Shown here in pieces: positions 57,062 to 64,000 of a stretch of DNA of 64,000 nucleotides. A program made the position numbers and the translations under genes. The first letter of the stretch is position 1; each line of letters starts with the position of its first letter. The DNA is taken from IMG/VR virus record IMGVR_UViG_3300028886_000003, positions 81,331 to 145,330 of that record, one strand, 5' to 3'. The notes below the pieces were generated by a model. It was given only the letters and a program-made list of their open reading frames with translations, was not told the origin of the DNA and did not search any database. The stretch comes from a virus. Taxonomy: Duplodnaviria; Caudoviricetes.

Positions 57062-60000
57062 ATGGCTCAAGCGTCAGTAAAAGATACAACTGGATATGTA
57101 AATTATGTATATAACATAAGTGCAAGAGGAACAACAGAAGTAGCCTCACAACTTATGGGCATGTCAGGAATGGCAAGCAATATTTTAGGACAATTAGCTT
57201 TTCAAACTAGTTCTTACTTATCTACAACCGAAGGTGCTTTATTAAGCATGGGTGTAGTAGCAACAGCTGGACTAAGCAAAGCAACCAAACAAGCAATGGA
57301 ATTCGACCAAGCATTATCAACCATAGGTGCTATTTCAGGACAAACACGTTCTGAAGTAAGTGACTTAGGTGAAGATGCTATGAATATGTCAGCTAAATTT
57401 GGTGTAGCAGTAAATGAAATGACAGAAGGGCTAGAATCATTAGCACGTGCAGGTGTATCCGAAAATAATATGACAGATATTTTAAATGAAGCTATGGGGT
57501 TATCAAAGTTAGAAGGACTAACACTTGATACAGCAATTAATGATTTAATTTCCACAACTAATTTATTAGATACAGAAGGATTAGATTTAGAATCACCTGA
57601 ATATGCTGATGCAGTAAAATATCAAAATCAAAAAATTACAGCAACATCTGAAGCAGCTCCAATAGGAGCACAAGATATTATTCACACATTAGAACATATT
57701 GGTGGATATGCATCATCAACTAATCTTGATCAAGATGATTTATATGCAGTTATTGCACAATTAGGTTCAAAAGGTACTAAAAGTGAAATGGCTGGTACAT
57801 CATTAAGAGCATTTATATCTGCTGGACAAAAAGATACAGCACAAAGAGCATTAGATAGAATAGGATTAAATGTTAAAGATTTATGGAAAAATGATGACAC
57901 TATATTATCAATTACTGATATGAAAGATGTACTTGATGAAGCAATGGAAGCAAAAGGATACACTCAACAAGAAAAACTTGAATTTTATTCTGATTTTGCA
58001 GGTTACAAGCAAGCTAACCAAATTATGAAAATTGATACCCAATCAGCTCGTGAATTTAAGCAAAAAATTGATGAATCATGGGATATGGGAAGTAAAATTA
58101 ATCAAATAATTGGAACAGCAGAAACACATGTACAAGGATTAATACAATCTGGAACAAATTTATTAACAAAAGTTGGAGAGCCTTTTTTACCATTAATTAG
58201 TACAATTGCAGTAACATTAAAAACAGGAATTGATATTATTAATCAAATCCCTGGATCTAATATTATTATTGCTGGAGGTCTTTTGTTAGTTAGTATTAAA
58301 GCTATATCATCTATTTTTAATAAAATTGTACCACAATTAGTAATTGCTAAAGATGAAGTATTTTCAATAGGTGGATTTTTTAAAAGTGTAAGAGAAGACC
58401 TTGGACATACATATACTTTATTAAAAAATATTAAAAATGTTGGATTCATGAAAGATGAAGCATATGAAAATGAAGTATCTAGAGTATCCGATAAAGAGAA
58501 AATACAATATTGGGAAGACAAAGTTAATTTTAAAGTTAATGATATTATTGATGTTCGTAAACTTGAGGGAGAGAATTTCGATAGGCAACAGTATGTAGAT
58601 TGGAAAAAGGAAAAGAGATATGAAAGTAAACCTGAAAAAAGAAATGCTAGACAATCTACAAAAGCAGCAGTTAAAGATGGAAAACTTGAAAGTATAGGTC
58701 TTGATATTAAAGAAATAAAAAAGAATGTAGGAGGAATTTTGAGTTTAGTAGATGATGTAGGCTTTGCACCTGTTTTTATTACCTATTTAAAAGATTTAAA
58801 AGAGAATACTAGTAATTTTAAAATAGATAATGATTTAACAAGTAATGTTAAAAAAGCTGTTGGTTGGTTAGATGGCATAACTAAGTCTGTTAAAAACATT
58901 GAAAATATTTTAGCAAATAAGGATGTAAAGACTATAGTTACAAATACATCTAATAGAGTTATACCAGTACATGATGTTGGCCAGGCTACTTTTTCTAAAA
59001 GTGAAACACATAGAAGAGATCAAGTAAAAACAACTCCTTATAGTCAAGATAATGTTGTTACTCCAGATGGTTATTCAAGATATAATATTCCACAAAACTC
59101 TAAACCTAAAACAGGAAAAATCAAAGAAGGAGCTCCAAGTTTTGATGTTAATAAAATAAAAGATGTAAGATTATTTACATTAGATTCACCTACTGCAACA
59201 CAAGAAGATATAAATAATTTTACCCAAGCTTTAATAGATTCTATTGATTTTGGTGTTGATCCAGAAACTACAGAAGGAAAACTTGCTAATAATGCATTAC
59301 AATCATTGTTAAAAGCTCAAGTACAGTCTATTATAGCTAATAATGAAGTATATTACAGAGGTGGAACAGAAGAAAGTTTAGTTAGTCAAATAGAGTCTGA
59401 ATTAAAAAGAGAAAATGGTTCAGTTGCTTCTTTTAAAGAAACAAAATTAGATAGTATATTAGCTGATAGTTTAGGATATAAAAATTACACTAGAGAAGAT
59501 GTTTCAAAAATACAAGAAAAAAGAATGAATATATTTAAATCCAATTGGGATAAAAATTTAAATATAAGTCAAAAAACAAGAAAAGATTGGGAAAAAAGAG
59601 GAAATGAATTTGCTAGTACTATAGCACTTGGATATAACCCAATGGAAGTATATGCATATGATGTAACTGCTCCTACTAAATCAGGTAAAAAATTTACAGA
59701 CAAAGTTTTCGATCAAATGCATAATTTATCACTAGATGATAAAAAGAAACTTTTAGAAAAATATAATTTTACAGATAAATTTTATAAATCTGAGCCTTTA
59801 GCAAAAAAAATGAATGATGAAGAACTTGACATTACTATTGATAATTTTTTAACTCATAAATTATATAAAGAGAAACATTCATCTGAGCAATTTAATATTG
59901 CTAAAGATTTAAATCAAATTTTATCTAAAAAATATGAGGTACCTGAAGAACCATTAGAAACAACAAGATATATTCGTATGAGTACACTTGAAAATATGAC

Positions 60001-63000
60001 TCAAGGCCAATTAGATGCGATAAATAAAGGATTAGATAAATTTTTTGAATTAAGTACTAATCAAAAAGAAATTGAAAAAAGAAAAAATCAAATAATAAGG
60101 GATATTGAAAAGAATAAAAATCTATCAATAGAAGAAAAAAAGAAGCAAAAAAAACAAGCTGGTAGTATTGCAAAATATGACTATGTTAGTAAAAAAATTA
60201 ATAAAATATTAGGTAAAAATACTGATAGTGCTACTTTGGAAAAATTTGCTAATTATATTGAGCCTAAATTATTACGCCCTGATAGTAAAGATAAGGATAA
60301 ATTTGATAGTATTGGTCTTTCTTATAAAACTATGACAGATAAAGATCAGATTCCTAAAAAAGAATCAATAGCATTATTTGAGTTATTGGCGCACGCTAAT
60401 GATGTTAAAATTTCAGATTTAGATTCTACTGGTAAATATTATCGATCAAATATTGCTAATAGGCTTGTTGAAAGTGGAAAGAAATTAAATATTAGTAGTG
60501 TAGCAAGTACATTTTCAGATCCATTAACATATTGGTTTACACATGATTTATCTTCTGATGCACAAAAAACTTTTATTAAAGAGCAAGGTTTAGAAAGTAA
60601 TAAACCTTTATTTGCTATGCATGAATTTTTGGAAAAAGTAGGAAATAATAAAGATAAATATGATGAAGGAGTGAATAGAATAAAAGAATTAGGGCATATT
60701 ACTCAATTTGAATCTGATAAATTAAATACAGAATGGGGTTCATATACTAAAGATGAAAAAGGAGTAAACATTACTAGCCCTGATCAAGTTACTGAACGTA
60801 TATTAAAATTATATGGAGAGCAAGGGTATACAGGCTTGGTTAATCATTTAAAGAAAATATCTAATTTAGCTTACGAAATTGTAACACAAGAATCATTAAA
60901 TGATATTGAAAAAGCATTAAAAGAACAACGTGGTGAAAAGGGTAAGGTTACTAAAACAGATGTTATAAATGCTGTCCCTCAATTAAGAAGAAATAGGCGT
61001 GCTACACATAATTACCATAAAGTTCAAAAAGGAGATGATGATTATGGATATCAAGAAACTGTTATTCAAGCCTTATGGGAGCATGCAGATGGTAAAAAGT
61101 CAAATGAAGAAAAAAATACAAGACATAATAAAGCAAAATGGGGAATCTTAGAGGGTACAAGATATATTGATGAAATAGATCCTAATAAATTTGATGAATT
61201 AAAAGAACTTATTGCAGAAATTGGGGTTACACCTAATTTTAATGCTGAAGATGTTCCTAAAGATACAATATGGGAAAAATCTATTAAAGATATGTTAAAC
61301 CTTAAATCTAATTTGCATAAATTTAGAGTAAAAACTTTAACAAAAAGTGAAAAAGGTCCTCTTGCAAAAATTAATAATGCATCAGATAATGATGTAGAGG
61401 CTTTACCTTTTATATTTGAAGGTATGGCTATAGAAACTGGACAAAGAAAACCTGTTCATGGAAGAAATATGGAAAATATAGCTGTTAAAGATGAGGCAGG
61501 AAATCTTATAGGTTATCAAACTAATTCACATAATGATTATCGTGAAGCAACTAATTGGGCTATTAATCGTAGGAGAAACCGTATTTATTTAGAAAGTGAT
61601 TTAAGAAAAGCATATGGAGCTGTAGCTTTTGCAACAGGATTATCTAGAAAAAATATCACAGATATGGGATTAACCGATTACCAACAAAAAGAAGCCGAAA
61701 GATTATATAATGAACAAGATTTTATTAATATTAATGATTATATTAGCAAACATGATGAGCAATATAAATATGATATAGTTGATGAAGATGAATATAAAGA
61801 AAAGACTAAAGCAGGATTAATTTGGAAAAGCAAAAAAGGTATTGTTGATGAATTTATCGATCCTGACACAAATAAAAAGAAAATGAAAGTTAAAAGAACT
61901 AAAAAGGGTAAACAAGGTTTGATGTCAGGTAAAGAAGCTTTTAGGCAACTTAGAGGGCAAATGGCTGCTGCAAATAAAATTGATAACAAAGGAAACATTA
62001 TTGGAAATATGTTTCATTCTGAAGTTACACCTGAAGAATATGAAAAACTTAAAGAGCAAGGTTTAATTAATACTCAAGAGGGTGATAATGGAATTTTAAA
62101 AAAAATTGGAAAGGGTAAAAATTTAAAATACAGAATTAATGATTTTAGTCTATTACAATATTCTTTAGAAGATCTACAAAGACAAGTACAATTAAATGGT
62201 ATTATTGATGTTTTAGAAGCTGAACAAGTAAATTTTAGTAGTGATACAAGCCCTGATGCAGTATTTGCAAAATTATTAAATGAAGATTCAAATACTATAA
62301 GAAAAATGTTATCAGCAATATATATTAATAATCCAGCGTTTATAAGTGAAATTCAAGATGCGGCTCGTTATGTTGTTGATAATGAAATTAAATGGGGTGG
62401 AGAAGGAGGAGGTATTAATGGAGATAATTTTATTAGTATGGGTAAGATTAATAGAATGAATGATTTTTTAAATGGTGTTGAATCAGCATTTGGTAGCTAT
62501 ATGGATGAATTTGATGATGATTTTTTAAAAGATATATATAGTCAGATTGATTCTAGTAGTGAAGAAGCTTTTAATAAAAGTATGGATCAAGTATTTGATA
62601 AATTAACTAGCTATGTTCATGATATTATTGAAGCAGATAAAGATACATTAGAAAAAATGAATATTAGCCCCGAATTACAAGATGCTTTTTATGCAGAAAT
62701 GGAATCATATGCTGATTCTGATTGGGAAAAACATATGGATTATAATGATGATTTTGTAACTAATTCTCGTTTAGAAGATGTTATTGACCCTCAAACAGCT
62801 GAATTAATTACAAATGAATATGGTCCTGCTATATATAGTGAACTTATACCTCAATTATGGTCAAATAAAGGTATGCATGTAGCTGGTTTTACTGAAGAAG
62901 GTACTGGAGCACGTACTGCATATATAGCTCAAATGATATTAGATATGTTTGATGAAAGTAAAGGTTTAAGTACAAAACAAACTGCTAGAAAAATGGAGAA

Positions 63001-64000
63001 AAAAAGACAAGCTGTACAAAGTGATCAAAAACAATTTGTAGAATCATTTTTAAGTGATTTTGATATAAGCGCTTATAATGCACTTGAAGAACAAGATGGT
63101 AAAAAAACTTCTAAAAAAGAACAAAATGATAAAAATGAAGTAACAGAAATGTTACGAAAATCAAATTTTGTATATAAGGAAGAAAGTCCTACTGGAGATA
63201 GTGGTCCAACAATATTAAATACAGAAGAAGAACCAACTGTAATGGATGTTGATGAATTTGATGCATCAACATATATTTATGATAATTTTGTTAAAAATTT
63301 TAATATTGATGATTATGACCAAACCACACCTAAAAAAACTCCTATATCATTTGCTAAAAATATAAAAGGAGAAACATATGTAAAAACATTAAAAGATATT
63401 TTGTATGATTTTACAGCAGGTATTGCTTCTGATAAAAAATTTGATTTCAATAATGCTGCAGAAAATTATACAAGAGCAAAAGAATATGATATAGGATCAT
63501 CAGATTTAGGATTATTTTTAGGTAGAGCTCTGTTGTTAACAGGTAAGGAAGATGATGCATTATCAGAATTACTTGATTCACAAGAAAAATCACCAAGAGC
63601 AGGTATCTTGGCAAGTTTAATACAGTTACAACAAAATAACGTAGAAGAAGCTGTTAAGACTTTGAATTTAGTAAAACAACAACATGCTGGCAATGAAAAA
63701 ATTATAAATGAAGCTAATAGTATTTTATCACAAATTTCACCACAAGACAATGCTAGAAAAACAGTTATTGATTTAGGTGATGAATATAGAGAAAAATTTG
63801 CTGGAAACAAAAAAGAAGGACCAACGTTTTATGGCTCTGAAACAGGAGAACTATATACTGAGCCGCCTTGGGAACAAGACAATGCTAGAAAAACAGTTAT
63901 TGATTTAGGTGATGAATATAGAGAAAAATTTGCTGGAAACAAAAAAGAAGGACCAACGTTTTATGGCTCTGAAACAGGAGAACTATATACTGAGCCGCCT
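57062..64000 (+). CDS. tape measure protein, giant (>=2313 aa, 3'-truncated)
   Basis: MAQASV...EFDQALSTIGAISG...EMTEGLESLARAG...GSKG.K.EMAGTSLR TP901-type core; frame open in the segments translated and at the window end, and the track lists no closed plus-strand ORF here. Confidence 0.88.
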   Translation, partial: MAQASVKDTTGYVNYVYNISARGTTEVASQLMGMSGMASNILGQLAFQTSSYLSTTEGALLSMGVVATAGLSKATKQAMEFDQALSTIGAISGQTRSEVSDLGEDAMNMSAKFGVAVNEMTEGLESLARAGVSENNMTDILNEAMGLSKLEGLTLDTAINDLISTTNLLDTEGLDLESPEYADAVKYQNQKITATSEAAPIGAQDIIHTLEHIGGYASSTNLDQDDLYAVIAQLGSKGTKSEMAGTSLRAFISAGQKDTAQRALDRIGLNVKDLWKNDDTILSITDMKDVLDEAMEAKGYTQQEKLEFYSDFAGYKQANQIMKIDTQSAREFKQKIDESWDMGSKINQIIGTAETHVQGLIQSGTNLLTKVGEPFLPLISTIAVTLKTGIDIINQIPGSNIIIAGGLLLVSIKAISSIFNKIVPQLVIAKDEVFSIGGFFKSVREDLGHTYTLLKNIKNVGFMKDEAYENEVSRVSDKEKIQYWEDKVNFKVNDIIDVRKLEGENFDRQQYVDWKKEKRYESKPEKRNARQSTKAAVKDGKLESIGLDIKEIKKNVGGILSLVDDVGFAPVFITYLKDLKENTSNFKIDNDLTSNVKKAVGWLDGITKSVKNIENILANKDVKTIVTNTSNRVIPVHDVGQATFSKSETHRRDQVKTTPYSQDNVVTPDGYSRYNIPQNSKPKTGKIKEGAPSFDVNKIKDVRLFTLDSPTATQEDINNFTQALIDSIDFGVDPETTEGKLANNALQSLLKAQVQSIIANNEVYYRGGTEESLVSQIESELKRENGSVASFKETKLDSILADSLGYKNYTREDVSKIQEKRMNIFKSNWDKNLNISQKTRKDWEKRGNEFASTIALGYNPMEVYAYDVTAPTKSGKKFTDKVFDQMHNLSLDDKKKLLEKYNFTDKFYKSEPLAKKMNDEELDITIDNFLTHKLYKEKHSSEQFNIAKDLNQILSKKYEVPEEPLETTRYIRMSTLENMTQGQLDAINKGLDKFFELSTNQKEIEKRKNQIIRDIEKNKNLSIEEKKKQKKQAGSIAKYDYVSKKINKILGKNTDSATLEKFANYIEPKLLRPDSKDKDKFDSIGLSYKTMTDKDQIPKKESIALFELLAHANDVKISDLDSTGKYYRSNIANRLVESGKKLNISSVASTFSDPLTYWFTHDLSSDAQKTFIKEQGLESNKPLFAMHEFLEKVGNNKDKYDEGVNRIKELGHITQFESDKLNTEWGSYTKDEKGVNITSPDQVTERILKLYGEQGYTGLVNHLKKISNLAYEIVTQESLNDIEKALKEQRGEKGKVTKTDVINAVPQLRRNRRATHNYHKVQKGDDDYGYQETVIQALWEHADGKKSNEEKNTRHNKAKWGILEGTRYIDEIDPNKFDELKELIAEIGVTPNFNAEDVPKDTIWEKSIKDMLNLKSNLHKFRVKTLTKSEKGPLAKINNASDNDVEALPFIFEGMAIETGQRKPVHGRNMENIAVKDEAGNLIGYQTNSHNDYREATNWAINRRRNRIYLESDLRKAYGAVAFATGLSRKNITDMGLTDYQQKEAERLYNEQDFININDYISKHDEQYKYDIVDEDEYKEKTKAGLIWKSKKGIVDEFIDPDTNKKKMKVKRTKKGKQGLMSGKEAFRQLRGQMAAANKIDNKGNIIGNMFHSEVTPEEYEKLKEQGLINTQEGDNGILKKIGKGKNLKYRINDFSLLQYSLEDLQRQVQLNGIIDVLEAEQVNFSSDTSPDAVFAKLLNEDSNTIRKMLSAIYINNPAFISEIQDAARYVVDNEIKWGGEGGGINGDNFISMGKINRMNDFLNGVESAFGSYMDEFDDDFLKDIYSQIDSSSEEAFNKSMDQVFDKLTSYVHDIIEADKDTLEKMNISPELQDAFYAEMESYADSDWEKHMDYNDDFVTNSRLEDVIDPQTAELITNEYGPAIYSELIPQLWSNKGMHVAGFTEEGTGARTAYIAQMILDMFDESKGLSTKQTARKMEKKRQAVQSDQKQFVESFLSDFDISAYNALEEQDGKKTSKKEQNDKNEVTEMLRKSNFVYKEESPTGDSGPTILNTEEEPTVMDVDEFDASTYIYDNFVKNFNIDDYDQTTPKKTPISFAKNIKGETYVKTLKDILYDFTAGIASDKKFDFNNAAENYTRAKEYDIGSSDLGLFLGRALLLTGKEDDALSELLDSQEKSPRAGILASLIQLQQNNVEEAVKTLNLVKQQHAGNEKIINEANSILSQISPQDNARKTVIDLGDEYREKFAGNKKEGPTFYGSETGELYTEPPWEQDNARKTVIDLGDEYREKFAGNKKEGPTFYGSETGELYTEPP
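63742..64000 (+). repeat. perfect 132-bp (44-aa) tandem repeat inside the tape measure gene
   Basis: ACAAGACAATGCTAGAAAAAC... at 63742 and 63874, identical to the window end. Confidence 0.9.

Noticed and set aside
42267-63810. Minus-strand ORFs within the structural module
   Set aside because: Antisense shadows of well-supported plus-strand genes.
1-64000. DGR, retron, integrase or alternative genetic code
   Set aside because: No reverse transcriptase or recombinase motifs, no TR/VR pair, and genes read intact in the standard code with all three stop codons used.

Overview
AT-rich 64-kb segment of a large tailed archaeal virus (Caudoviricetes, contractile tail). The host is most likely a pseudomurein-walled methanogen (Methanobacteriales, e.g. 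Methanobrevibacter-like). Evidence: archaeal BRE-TATA promoters (AAAGTTTATATA), GGAGGTGA-type RBSs, CCA-less tRNAs, a tRNA-Thr with a perfect bulge-helix-bulge intron, and a structural protein with a Cys-His-Asp pseudomurein-endoisopeptidase-like domain. Layout: (1-1.8 kb) partial DUF2828 (TROVE/vWA-like) gene preceded by three homologous ACAGCAA hairpin RNAs and a tRNA cluster that includes one aberrant tRNA-like RNA. (1.8-21 kb, minus) many small genes including a guanylate kinase-like and a PfkB kinase gene, plus a ~9-kb tandem array of translationally coupled 'MTENKRF' paralogues. (21.4-23.8 kb) SF3 helicase, RHH regulator and a palindromic origin candidate. (25.6-26.9 kb) non-coding array of repeated promoters with putative sRNAs. 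(27-38.8 kb, minus) early-gene-like block (Gp88-like, PcfJ-like, two HIRAN paralogues, three covarying pseudoknots) bounded by two strand-skew flips, with a ~175-nt pseudoknotted element at the right boundary. (42-64 kb, plus) morphogenesis module: hub/lysin, TerL, portal, protease, MCP, neck, sheath, tube, chaperone and a >2300-aa tape measure protein. The best candidates for an undescribed system are the DUF2828 + ACAGCAA RNA module, the MTENKRF cassette array and the non-coding RNA elements at 25.6-26.3, 34.5-36.8 and 38.8 kb. All protein calls come from motif recognition by eye, not from database searches.
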